Positions 51,797 through 61,639 of a DNA stretch of 64,000 nucleotides are shown here, piece by piece. Position numbers and translations under genes: made by a program. The notes beneath the pieces were generated by a model. That model did not search any database, had not been told where the DNA came from, and was given only the letters and a program-made list of their open reading frames with translations. Each line of letters begins with the position of its first letter. Position 1 is the stretch's first letter. Origin of the DNA: Fibrobacterota bacterium (GTDB taxonomy: Bacteria; Fibrobacterota; Fibrobacteria; UBA11236). The stretch lies in contig CANIEU010000009.1 of NCBI GenBank assembly GCA_947466585.1, positions 14,923 to 78,922 of the forward strand, written 5' to 3'.

Positions 51797-53893
51797 ATGT
51801 CCCGCCTCCGGAATATTTGCCGCCGCGCCCTGATCCTGGGAGGGGCGATCGCCCTGTCCACGGGATTTTCGGCCTGTTCCGGGATTTACTTCAACACCAC
51901 CTTCAACGCCGAAAAAGCCTATCGCCAGGCGATCGACATGCGCGCCAAGCGCTTGCGGTTGAACCCCGACGATACGGTGTCGGTCACCGCCGACGAAAAA
52001 GCCAAACTCACCCGCGCCGTGACCAAATCGTCGAAGGTGCTCGAGCTCTGGCCCAATGATCCGAAGTACACACCGCGCGCGGTGTTCCGCATTGCCGAGT
52101 GTCAATTGCTGATGGGCGATTACGGGAATGCGGCTTTCAAGTATGGCGAGTATATCCGGTATTTTCCCAAAGCCGACAACATCCCGTTGGCCCGCGTGCG
52201 CATGGCGAAGGCGTTGTACCTCGACGGCAAGCGGCTGTCCGCGCGCGACGCCCTCGCCGAAGTGCAGGCCACCCATCCGCAAGGCGAGGTTAAGCGGGAA
52301 GCGTTGTTGCTCGCCGCGCGCATGCGCATCGACGATCAATCCGGGGCCGAAGGGCTGGAGCTGTACGAAGAACTGTTGAAGGACAATGCCTTGCTGGCCA
52401 GCGAGTCGCGCTCTGAACTGCATTGGCGCGCCGCGCAACTGGCCTACGATTTGGGGCAATGGCAAAAGGCCCGCGATCACGCTATCGCCGCCGACAATTC
52501 CGCCTTGCCCGCACGGGTGCGCTTCCGGAACCAGCGCCTCGCCGTGTTGGCGCTATACGGGCTGGGGCGTCAAAAGGAAGGCCTTGCCGAGGTGGAGGAC
52601 ATGTGGGGCAAGCGCGAGTTCCGTGTTTTCCGACCCGACATTAAATTGCTGGAAGCGCGTGGAGTAGAAAGCCAGGGTTTGGCAAATTGGCCTGCGGCCT
52701 CAAAACTGTATCGCGAGACCGTGCGTCTGGGTAACCGGCGTCCCTCCGCCGCCGAAGCGTGGTATCGCATCGGTGCCCACGTACTTGATGTACAGAACCG
52801 CGAAGACAGCGCCAAGGTTTATTTCGACTCCGCTTCGGCGGCGGGGAGCAGCTTCGAGTTTGGCACCTTGGGCGCGGACTACTCCAGTGCCCTAGGCCGT
52901 TTGGCGGATTTAAGAACGGTCGATTCCGTAACCTTGGCCGCCCAAGCTGAGACGCGTTGGTTGCTTCTGCATCCGGTGGACAGTCTTGCATTGCGCGATA
53001 GTTTGCTGGCCCGTGATTCGATTCTGCATGCCGACAGCCTGAACGCGCTTGCCAAAAAAGACGCAATCTTGAAGAAAGGGTCGAAGAAAAAAAGCGATAA
53101 GACCGCTGCAGCCGACTCGGTTAAAGCGGCCAAAGAAGCTGCGGCCAAGGTCGCCAAGGTTCAGAAAGCACCCAGCCCGCAATACGCGCCCTTCCTGATC
53201 GCCGAGCTGTTTCACTTCCGATTGCCCAAACCCGACAGCGCGCACGTATTCCTCAACCGCATCGTTTCCGATACGTTGGAAGACACTCTCTACACGCGCA
53301 GGGCGATCTATGCGCTGGCCTGGCTGGAAGAAAACCAATACCACAACAAGAATCGCGCGGATTCGCTCTACCGCGTTTTGCTGACGCGCTATCCTGAAAC
53401 CGAATGGGCCAAGCAAGCCGAGAAGAACCTTGAGTTGCCGCCCACCGTGCAAACGCCCGACGACAAGGCGCATACGTTGTTTCTGGCAGCTGAAAACCGC
53501 CGCTTTGCGGGGGAAGACTTGAAAACCCGCGTGTGGCCTGCCTACCGGATCGTAGCTGACAGCTTCCCGCAAAGCCGCGATGCGGCCAAGGCCCTGTTTA
53601 CCGTCGCCTTTACCGAAGAGCAGGCGGCCATCGCAAAGGCGGATACGGCGAAGGTGGATACGGTGCGCGCTGCGTACGCCATGGTGCGCGACAAGTTCCC
53701 CGGTACCCCGCAGGCAGTGGCGGCGGAATCGTGGATCAGTGCGGTGGAAGCGGCACCTGCCAGCAGTGGTTCGTCTACCGAAACCCCGAAATCCAATAGG
53801 GAGGAAGAAGCCGATACCCAATCGGAAGAGGACACGAATGGGCCGCCCAAGGTGGAACTCCTCGACCCGGCTGCGGAGCAGGATTTGTATTAA
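51797..53893 (+). CDS. TPR-repeat lipoprotein
   Basis: Lipobox-like signal LSTGFSAC, multiple TPR-like helical repeats, and an acidic C-terminus. Start placed at the internal ATG at 51797. Confidence 0.6.
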   Translation: MSRLRNICRRALILGGAIALSTGFSACSGIYFNTTFNAEKAYRQAIDMRAKRLRLNPDDTVSVTADEKAKLTRAVTKSSKVLELWPNDPKYTPRAVFRIAECQLLMGDYGNAAFKYGEYIRYFPKADNIPLARVRMAKALYLDGKRLSARDALAEVQATHPQGEVKREALLLAARMRIDDQSGAEGLELYEELLKDNALLASESRSELHWRAAQLAYDLGQWQKARDHAIAADNSALPARVRFRNQRLAVLALYGLGRQKEGLAEVEDMWGKREFRVFRPDIKLLEARGVESQGLANWPAASKLYRETVRLGNRRPSAAEAWYRIGAHVLDVQNREDSAKVYFDSASAAGSSFEFGTLGADYSSALGRLADLRTVDSVTLAAQAETRWLLLHPVDSLALRDSLLARDSILHADSLNALAKKDAILKKGSKKKSDKTAAADSVKAAKEAAAKVAKVQKAPSPQYAPFLIAELFHFRLPKPDSAHVFLNRIVSDTLEDTLYTRRAIYALAWLEENQYHNKNRADSLYRVLLTRYPETEWAKQAEKNLELPPTVQTPDDKAHTLFLAAENRRFAGEDLKTRVWPAYRIVADSFPQSRDAAKALFTVAFTEEQAAIAKADTAKVDTVRAAYAMVRDKFPGTPQAVAAESWISAVEAAPASSGSSTETPKSNREEEADTQSEEDTNGPPKVELLDPAAEQDLY

Positions 53894-53899
53894 TCCCTT

Positions 53900-55120
53900 C
53901 TACTTCGCGGCCTTCCTCCCCAGCTTCTGACCTTTCCAGGTGAAGCTACCGAAGGAACCGGCGACGGTGGCGGAGAGCACCAGCGGAATGTGCAGCGCCG
54001 CGGTGAAGGGGAAAAAGCGCAACAGCGGCATCAGTCCGAAAAGGCGAAACCCCGAGCGCATCACCCACAGATCGGCAAGGGTCTTCACCAAAAAGCCGAT
54101 CACGCCGAGCAGACCCAAACTGCCATCGCCAACGTGGAACAGACCGAGGGTCAAGAGCACCGCAATGGCGGCGTAAAAGGCAAATACCGCCAGCAGAAAC
54201 GCCAGCTGTGCCGGACGATAGTGGACGCACTTGCCTGCCCAGCGTTTGCGCTGCTCCCAAAAGTGACCCCAGGTTTCCGGAGGCGTGGTCTCCACGCGCG
54301 CTTCGGGAGCGGCGCAATAGCGGATGGCCCAGTTACCCGTGGCGTGAATTTCTTGCAACGTGAAGTCGTCGTCGCCGCTGACTACCGTGCCGTGGCGCGC
54401 AAAGGCCCCCGCTTCATCGAACGCCCGGCGGCGGTAGGCCAGGTTGTTGGCGTTGGCGATCACGGGAAACCCGAGACCCACCAGCGCCGCCGCACTGATC
54501 CCGTACGAGATAAACTCCAAGGCGCGCGTGCCGCCGGAAGGTGAATAGCCGGAGTCGGGTTCTAGGTAGGCCGTGAGCCCGATCACCATGCCGGTGTCGT
54601 CGTAGAACTCGGTACCGAGTGCGGTGAGCCAGCGTTTGCCCATGGTGCAGTCGGCATCGGTCACGGCGATCCACTCGCCGCGCGCTTGTTCCAGTCCGCG
54701 TAAAAGGGCGTGTTTCTTGGGGCTCATACCAGGCGGCAAGGCCTCGATGCGCAATGAATCCACCCGTCCGGGATAGCGTGCCGCATAATCGCTTAAAACC
54801 GCCGGAGTACCGTCCACGGAGCGGTCGTCCACCACCACGATTTGAAGACGATCTGCCGGCCATTCCTGTTGCAGCAAAGCGTCCAGGGTGCTGGGGAGGT
54901 TGGACTCTTCGTCGCGCGCGGCGATCAATACGGTGACCATAGGGCGCTGTTCCGCTAGATGCGGAGGGGTCTGATCAGGCCCATTTTGACCTTCTGGCCG
55001 GTTTTGATCATCCGTTCGCTTCCCATCCCGCAGATTCTCGAGCCTTTTCAGGCCGCGCACCAGCCAAAAATCGAGAATTGCGTACATCACGCAGGCCGTC
55101 AGAAAGATCGGAGTGAACAT
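53900..55120 (-). CDS. Family-2 glycosyltransferase, membrane-anchored
   Basis: VTVLIAARDEESNLPSTL, IVVVDDRSVDGT and TDADCT (GT2 DxD). N- and C-terminal TM helices. Confidence 0.7.
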   Translation of the reverse strand: MFTPIFLTACVMYAILDFWLVRGLKRLENLRDGKRTDDQNRPEGQNGPDQTPPHLAEQRPMVTVLIAARDEESNLPSTLDALLQQEWPADRLQIVVVDDRSVDGTPAVLSDYAARYPGRVDSLRIEALPPGMSPKKHALLRGLEQARGEWIAVTDADCTMGKRWLTALGTEFYDDTGMVIGLTAYLEPDSGYSPSGGTRALEFISYGISAAALVGLGFPVIANANNLAYRRRAFDEAGAFARHGTVVSGDDDFTLQEIHATGNWAIRYCAAPEARVETTPPETWGHFWEQRKRWAGKCVHYRPAQLAFLLAVFAFYAAIAVLLTLGLFHVGDGSLGLLGVIGFLVKTLADLWVMRSGFRLFGLMPLLRFFPFTAALHIPLVLSATVAGSFGSFTWKGQKLGRKAAK

Positions 55121-55320
55121 GAAGGGGGAAGGTAGTTTACAGCACCTGAATGTTGCCTCCGGGGTCAAAACGCCCCCATTTTATAGGAACAAACCGGAGA
55201 AAATCGACGAAGCTTCGGGCGCACCCGTCTACGTTGGGCGGTATCACATCCACGGGTCTCGTGTGTAAACGCATTCCGGATTCCGTGTCTCCTTCCTGAA
55301 CAAAGGACAAAGCAATCCAC

Positions 55321-58008
55321 ATGCGTCTAAATTCCCTTTTGAACAAATCGGCTAGGATGATACCCCTCGGGGCTCTCTTCTTGGGCGTGTCTGTGGTGTC
55401 TGTGCAAGCCGCGCCGATCACGATGCTGGCCTATAAAGACTCCACCAAACTTGCCGACACCCTTGCGCTGCGTCGTGAGGTGGCCGTCACACTTACGCCT
55501 GTCGTCGTCGGCGGACCCGTGGACAGTTTCGCCATCGTCGGGTTTACCACCACGCTTCCCACCGGGATCACTTTCGATAAGGTGACCGGTGTATTGTCCG
55601 GAACCCCGACGGCCGTCTTCACCGCGGCGAATCGCACCATCCGTGCGTATGCAACCGGCGGCGTCGACAGCATCACCCGCACCGTGCGCATCTCCTGCGC
55701 GCTGGTGACGAGCCTCGCTTGGCGCGATTCCACCAAACCGGCGGATACCCTGCTTTTGCGTCGCAATGTCGCGGTCACGTTCACGCCGACCTACTTCGGC
55801 GGCACGCTCGACAGCTTCAAGGTGGTCACCACCTTCGGCGGCGGCGGCGGCGGGATTGCCGCAACCACTCTGCCGGACGGCATCACGCTAAACCCACTTA
55901 CGGGTGTGATTTCCGGAACACCCACGAGCACGTTCCCCGTTGCGAATCGCACCATCCGCGGGTACGGATCCGCAGGCACCGATAGCGTCACGCGTACCAT
56001 TCGTATCTCTTCATTTTTGGTGACGAGCCTGTCTTGGAAGGATTCAACCAAACCCGCGGATACCTTGAGTTTCACCACCGGAATTGCGGTCAACCTCACG
56101 CCGACCTATTTGGGCGGAACCCTCGATAGCTTCAAGGTTGTGGCGACCGGCGGTGGCGGCGGGGGTGGCGGCGGTGCCGTCACTCTTCCTGCGGGCATCA
56201 CCCTCAACGCCCTCACCGGCGTACTTTCGGGCACGCCTACCGCGGCTTTTACCGCCGCCAATCGTTCGATCCGCGGCTATGGCTCCGCCGGTACGGACAG
56301 CATTACCCGGACCCTGCGGATCACGGCCGTACTCGGCAGCACGCAAAACCTCGGATACACGCGCGATACGGTGACCGTTGCCGTTGGGGTGACGTCCGTC
56401 AATTCTCCCGTGTTTACGGGGCGCGTCCCCACGGGCTGGTCGGTGACGCCGTCCTTGCCCGCGGGTCTTGCCTTGAACGCGACCACGGGTGTGATTTCGG
56501 GGAGGGCTGCTGCGACCTCCGCTGCAACATACTATACGGTGAAGGCCCTCGATCTCACCGACACGCTTACGAAGGTGTTGCGCATCACGGTGGCGGCCTC
56601 GGAGGATTACACGACCTGGGGTCAATATGCTTCCCTCTGGCTGAACACTTCCCCGTCGACAGGCGGCGTCGTGCTCACGGGTAACGTCACGAAATTCCCC
56701 GTGCTCGTGCGGTTGGATGCCACCAACTTCGCCGCCGGATTTTCGCAAACGGCCCCGCAACAAAGCGACCTGCGATTCACCAAGTCGGATGGCACGACCT
56801 TCCTTCCGCATGAGGTGGAGCGTTGGGATTCCGTGGGGCAGGCCGCCGACGTGTGGGTTTTGGCCGATACGGTTTACGCCGGCAACGCCACGCAAAACAT
56901 TCGTTTGCATTGGGGCAAGAGTGGGGTATTGAATGCCTCTTCCGGCGCCACGGTTTTCGACACGGCCTTCGGCGACCGCGCGGTGTACCACTTTACCGGC
57001 ACGGTCAACACCGTGAATGAAACCGACGTGACGCCAAACGCCTTCGTTGCGACCAACCTCAGCACCGTGGATATCCAGAACCCGGCCGTGATCGGTCGCG
57101 GACGCGACTTCAACGGCACCAACGAACATTTCCGCGTGCAGGCGAACCCCGCCGGTGTGCTCGATTTTGCGGCCAACGCGAATTACACGGTATCGGCTTG
57201 GGCCAGCGCCAATATCGCGCAAGACGACCGCATCATTCTTTCAAAGGGTGGGCTGGCCTACACGCTCAAGGTCAACGCCACCGGCAACTGGGAGTTCTCC
57301 GAATACAATCGCAACGCCGGCAGCGCGCCGGGCGGCGACACCGCCGTCCCTTGGGCTCTGCAGGCCGTGGTGGATTCGCAATTGGCCTCCGCAACGGATT
57401 GGCAGTATGTGGTTGGCGTCAGCAACGGCGCCACCAAGCGTCTCTATGTGAACGGCGTCTTGCTCGCCACCAACACGGGTGCCGCACTTTCCAACTTCGG
57501 CACGCCCAGCGCCACCGCGCGGGTCAGCACCGACACTTTGACCTTGGGACGCCAGGCCGAAGCCTCTGCCGGTTTCTGGGCCGGTGATCTGGACGAAGTG
57601 CGCCTCTCCACAGTCGCTCGCAGCGCCGATTACATCAAGTTGAGCTATGCGAACCAACTCACGACGCAAAATCTGGTTTCGTTCACGCTCCCTGTTTCGG
57701 TACGTGCTTCCAACCGCGCAGCGCTCCAGCGGTCACCCACGTTGGCGTTCAAGTCTTCGGGTTCCGGAATTCTGTTCCGCATTCAGACGACGGAATTCGC
57801 CAGCGCGCAGCTCTCGCTCACCGACATGCAAGGCCGCACCGTCTGGAGTCGCAGCGTTTCTGCAGGCACGGAACAGATTCAATGGGACGGGAATAACCGT
57901 GCCGGGGCGCTCGCACCTTCGGGAATCTACGTGGCTCGCATCGTCCTTCTGGATGGAAACGCGCGCACCTTGAACGTGCTTGAGACACGGGTGCCCTTGA
58001 TGCGGTAA
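55321..58008 (+). CDS. Large secreted protein: tandem Ig-like (putative Ig/dystroglycan-type) domains + LamG/ConA-like lectin domain + T9SS C-terminal domain
   Basis: Signal peptide. Three or four ~95-aa repeats with the LP.GIT....TGV.SGTPT motif. ConA-like segment (FNGTNEHFRV...YTVSAWAS...LYVNGVLLA...WAGDLDEVRL). C-terminal Por-secretion CTD. Confidence 0.7.
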   Translation: MRLNSLLNKSARMIPLGALFLGVSVVSVQAAPITMLAYKDSTKLADTLALRREVAVTLTPVVVGGPVDSFAIVGFTTTLPTGITFDKVTGVLSGTPTAVFTAANRTIRAYATGGVDSITRTVRISCALVTSLAWRDSTKPADTLLLRRNVAVTFTPTYFGGTLDSFKVVTTFGGGGGGIAATTLPDGITLNPLTGVISGTPTSTFPVANRTIRGYGSAGTDSVTRTIRISSFLVTSLSWKDSTKPADTLSFTTGIAVNLTPTYLGGTLDSFKVVATGGGGGGGGGAVTLPAGITLNALTGVLSGTPTAAFTAANRSIRGYGSAGTDSITRTLRITAVLGSTQNLGYTRDTVTVAVGVTSVNSPVFTGRVPTGWSVTPSLPAGLALNATTGVISGRAAATSAATYYTVKALDLTDTLTKVLRITVAASEDYTTWGQYASLWLNTSPSTGGVVLTGNVTKFPVLVRLDATNFAAGFSQTAPQQSDLRFTKSDGTTFLPHEVERWDSVGQAADVWVLADTVYAGNATQNIRLHWGKSGVLNASSGATVFDTAFGDRAVYHFTGTVNTVNETDVTPNAFVATNLSTVDIQNPAVIGRGRDFNGTNEHFRVQANPAGVLDFAANANYTVSAWASANIAQDDRIILSKGGLAYTLKVNATGNWEFSEYNRNAGSAPGGDTAVPWALQAVVDSQLASATDWQYVVGVSNGATKRLYVNGVLLATNTGAALSNFGTPSATARVSTDTLTLGRQAEASAGFWAGDLDEVRLSTVARSADYIKLSYANQLTTQNLVSFTLPVSVRASNRAALQRSPTLAFKSSGSGILFRIQTTEFASAQLSLTDMQGRTVWSRSVSAGTEQIQWDGNNRAGALAPSGIYVARIVLLDGNARTLNVLETRVPLMR
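55425..56340 (+). repeat. Three ~300-bp tandem nucleotide repeats encoding the Ig-like domains
   Basis: The three units beginning around 55425, 55718 and 56031 are ~70-80% identical. Confidence 0.7.
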
Positions 58009-58054
58009 AATGTGGCCCTATGCGGTAACTCCCGCATTCAGAACTCGGTCCATC

Positions 58055-58092
58055 AAAAAAGCCTCCGCTCGAATCGAGCGGAGGCTTTTTGT
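58055..58092. terminator. Bidirectional rho-independent terminator between convergent genes
   Basis: A6-gcctccgctcg-aat-cgagcggaggc-T5, a perfect 11-bp stem. Confidence 0.85.
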
Positions 58093-58133
58093 TTCCAAGG
58101 GAGAATCACCGAATCGGTATCTTAGAGCGACAC

Positions 58134-59708
58134 TTAGAGCCACACCGCAGAGGTCATCGCTCTCCGGCCCTGATGAGTGATCGCTTCGAGTCGGAGATAG
58201 CCGGAACCGGTGCCCACATTCTTGCTTTCCAGCGAAGCCGCACGCAGGCCCGCCAGCACATCGGCTCCCACCGTTTCATCAACCCGTAAGAGACCCGAGG
58301 ATTTGTCTTCGCTGCCCCCGAAGGTCCAATCCGCCAACACGCGTTCGCGCGTTTCTCCGCGCGCCGCCCCGTACACGGTGACCGAAACGAGCGGCCCGTA
58401 GTCGGAGGTCGAGACGGCGATGACTTGAAAATGATTGCCCGCGGCGCGCAGCTCTGCGTAGGGCCCATCGGTGATCAGGCAACGCGGGTAAGCCAAGCTA
58501 CCGCGGAAGGTTGCGCGCAACGACTCTGCATCGCGCCCCGCCGCCGGCACCAACGTGCGCACGCGTCCGAATAAGTGGCTGCGGCCCTGTTTCAGCGACA
58601 CCAGCGGCAGCTTCACGCCCGTATTGCGGTTGAAATCGCCGTGGGCATCGTTTGCGCCGATAGGGAGGAGGCGATGGCCCTGCAGAAGTTGTTCGATCCA
58701 GAACGCCTTGCCCGCCAGGTAGTCGGGCCCGAGATTGCCATTCCAGAACTGCAGGCCGCGCACGCCACGCATACCGCGATCCCATTGCAAATCCTCGGCA
58801 CGCCACTCGCCGCGCCGAAAGATCTGGCGTTCGAGCCAGCCGATGCGGGCCTTGGGGTGCGCCGCGAACGAGGGCGTTTCGCCCAGTAAATCCAAGGTCT
58901 CCGCGATGGTGAGGTCGGGACGGTTGCGCAGTCCGCGCCGCCCGCCATCGCCCAGACCGGGTAAAAATTCAGGATGCCCAAAGGTGAGCAAATGCACGTT
59001 TTCGCCGCGACTGTTCCCGCACGAAACCTCCTCGCCGGGCACCAAGGTCGGACGCTCCGGGTGTTCGCGGTTCAGTGCCTCGGCCTGCGCGCGATACTCC
59101 GCAAAATTGGCCTTGGGAACGCATGTCTCTAGGAACCGTTCGCGCTTGTAATAAAAGTCGTACGAATGATCGGTGCAGAGCACGAAATCGAGCCCCACCG
59201 CATCGGCGGTTTGCTGCATCAAATCGAGCGGCGCTCCGAACTCCACCGGGTCGGACGAATACTCGCTGTGGCAATGCATCTCACCGGCAAACCATCCCGG
59301 AGGGTAGGGCAGGGGAGATTCCAGTCGCAACACTTCCAGGGGTGTAGGGAGCAGGCCGGGGAGGTTGTGGTTCTCAAAGGTTCGAGTCTCTGCGCGGGAG
59401 GTCGTGCCCAATTTGCCCAATGTGCCCAATGGGCCGCTCTTCTGCTCGATGGTGATCTTACCGGAGATACGCACCAACCCGCGCAAGGCACCGGATTGCA
59501 GCTCGGGTAGGGGAAAAGCGAGGTGTTGTAGGTTTCCCTGGCATACCTGATCGGGCTCAAAACTGCGAACGGCCGTGCCGCCGAAATCGTCCCACAGATG
59601 AAAACGGACACTGCAAATACGAATGGGGTAGAGGTCCGCATCCTTGACCAAGAGCCAAACCGTCAGCGGTTTGCCGGGCAACAGCTGATGCGGCGCATCC
59701 AGAAACAC
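58134..59708 (-). CDS. PHP-domain metal-dependent phosphoesterase family protein with N-terminal extension
   Basis: PHP motifs GEMHCHSEYSSD, CTDHSYDF, HLLTFGH and GANDAHG. Confidence 0.65.
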   Translation of the reverse strand: MFLDAPHQLLPGKPLTVWLLVKDADLYPIRICSVRFHLWDDFGGTAVRSFEPDQVCQGNLQHLAFPLPELQSGALRGLVRISGKITIEQKSGPLGTLGKLGTTSRAETRTFENHNLPGLLPTPLEVLRLESPLPYPPGWFAGEMHCHSEYSSDPVEFGAPLDLMQQTADAVGLDFVLCTDHSYDFYYKRERFLETCVPKANFAEYRAQAEALNREHPERPTLVPGEEVSCGNSRGENVHLLTFGHPEFLPGLGDGGRRGLRNRPDLTIAETLDLLGETPSFAAHPKARIGWLERQIFRRGEWRAEDLQWDRGMRGVRGLQFWNGNLGPDYLAGKAFWIEQLLQGHRLLPIGANDAHGDFNRNTGVKLPLVSLKQGRSHLFGRVRTLVPAAGRDAESLRATFRGSLAYPRCLITDGPYAELRAAGNHFQVIAVSTSDYGPLVSVTVYGAARGETRERVLADWTFGGSEDKSSGLLRVDETVGADVLAGLRAASLESKNVGTGSGYLRLEAITHQGRRAMTSAVWL

Positions 59709-59822
59709 CTCGGGCCAACGCTTGTGCAGCGGCGACCACGGCAGGTTGAACTTGTAATGCGTTTCGGCGTAGGAATGAATGGGGAACCTCGGTGAAGGAA
59801 ATTAGGTAATGGGGAAAGGAAC

Positions 59823-60032
59823 CTAGGGTTTTACCGGGGTTGTCGCCACAGTGGTCCAATACGCACTTGTGTATTCCCGGCAGGCCTTGCGCACCAGATC
59901 GGCAACGGAGATGTCTTTGCCGGTGCGCTTACGCTCGTGCACCACGATGGCCTCAAGGTCGAGGTATTCCTGACCCATGTAGATGTTGCGGCGGGTCTTG
60001 ACTGGCTTGGAGAATCCTGTGTTCGAATTCAT
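59823..60032 (-). CDS. Ribbon-helix-helix (CopG/ParD-like) DNA-binding protein, solo
   Basis: RRNIYMGQEYLDLEAIVVHERKRTGKDISVADLVRKACREY fits the RHH beta-alpha-alpha pattern. Upstream ATACAC repeats. Low-GC patch. Confidence 0.55.
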   Translation of the reverse strand: MNSNTGFSKPVKTRRNIYMGQEYLDLEAIVVHERKRTGKDISVADLVRKACREYTSAYWTTVATTPVKP

Positions 60033-60608
60033 GGCAACCTCCAAAAAGGGGTAAAATCTGCCATAAATATACACAACATACACCATATACACAAGTAATA
60101 TTGGCGGATAGGGGAGTCTGCCCTACTGAATTATGGGAGTAAAAGTCTTGCCTGTAAAGTCCACAATCCCAATTAATTAAAGGTTATACAGTATTCTTGT
60201 AAGGTAAAGGATGAATATAAGCGGCGAAATTTGCCAAAAAACCGACATACCGTTCTCTTGGGAGTCTTAGGCTGGTTTCACCGAACACCAAGGCTAAGGC
60301 GCTTCGGACAGCTTCAAAGGCCGAAATATTGGAATCAGGGCCCCACGGTTCAATAATATCAGGGTCCTGGTGAGCATACGGAATTGGCTGAAGTCCTAAT
60401 CGACCTGTGGTCCTGGTGGATTTCCTCTAGCTCTCTGAGGCGATCTGGATTTCGCCGCGGACCAAGCCTGCATCGGACACGGAACCAGATTCCACATCGC
60501 ATCGCTTGAAGTCGACACCACAACAGCTGACGCATAGAAATCCTTGTCCACACGGACTCGAAGTCCAGCCTGATCAAGCGCACACTGCTTTGAGCCCACG
60601 CAGCTTGG

Positions 60609-60677
60609 ATATTATGTAAACTATTTGGTTTTTCGCCAAAAATCCTAGTCTACCAAACCAAATAGTTTACATAATAT
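60609..60677. repeat. Perfect 23-bp inverted repeat with 23-nt spacer
   Basis: atattatgtaaactatttggttt ... aaaccaaatagtttacataatat. AT-rich. Lies in the low-GC patch next to tRNA-Gln. Confidence 0.85.
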
Positions 60678-61075
60678 AACTTATGCGAACCAAATTATCT
60701 CAAAATGAAGGTCAAAAAGCAGGTCAAAAACGGGATCTTCCCGAGGCTGTTTTGGGGTCAGGATTTCTCATGGCCCGACGCGATTAGGATCGATACAACC
60801 CGCCGCGCGTTATCGGTATTCCGTGTTTCCACGGATTCCCGAACCGTGTGCAATGCCAGAGCAACTCGATCCACCCTGTTTTGTGGTTGTCCTGGTTGTG
60901 CTTGATCAGACTTCCAGAGTGGACGGATTACGGGCAGGGAGCCGCACAAAAGGGAGACTGAACGGAGGGAGGATTGTCAGGGTTAACCGAGGCGGGGTGC
61001 AACAACGGTGCCACCCCTACCCTGTTTTAATGGCCCGGCTGGACCGGGCACGGCAAAGTTGCCGAAGGAAAATGG

Positions 61076-61149
61076 TGGTTGGGGTGCAAGGATTCGAACC
61101 TCAATAAGCAGAACCAGAAACTGCTGTCCTACCATTGGACGACACCCCA
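61076..61149 (-). tRNA. tRNA-Gln (anticodon CTG), CCA encoded
   Basis: Minus-strand sequence TGGGGTG-TC-GTCC-AATGGTA-GGAC-A-GCAGT-TTCTGGT-TCTGC-TTAT-TGAGG-TTCGAAT-CCTTG-CACCCCA-A-CCA. 7-bp acceptor stem. Resembles E. coli tRNA-Gln (UGGGGUA...GGUUCGAAUCC). Confidence 0.75.
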
Positions 61150-61639
61150 ACGAGCGGTGAAAAATTACTTGCATGCCGGCTCTTCGTCAAAGGGTTCGTG
61201 CAAGTGTGGGGGCCGTTATTGGATTCGGCTGATTGCCGGTTTGGGCAATCCATTCGCCCCCGGTTCCGTGTAGATTCGGTTCAGGGAATGACAGGGGAAT
61301 TTTGCAAAGGGGGGAAACATGCATGATTCACTTTTTCCGCGGACGCTTGCCTTGGACTGGAGTATCCCGTTTCTGTCGGGCCGGCTGGAACGCAACAGCT
61401 GCATCGACAACGACGACGTGTTCAATTTGCGGATCGCGCTCGGGCTGCATCACGATGTGGTCGAGGTCTGCGCTGACCCGCATTTGTTCGGGAACGTGGC
61501 CGACAACCCGCATCCGATGACCAAGGGTTCTGTTTTGACACGGTAATCGCGAGGTTCGGGACGTTACCGGGCTGTCGCACCGGGGTATAGTCAGGAAAGA
61601 CCCGCATTTCCTTTCCAGTACCCCGGACATTTACGAGAT

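Noticed and set aside
61233-61546. Two overlapping ~75-95-aa ORFs between tRNA-Gln and the ABC transporter
   Set aside because: The frames conflict and there is no homology. They are probably a promoter/leader region for the ABC operon.
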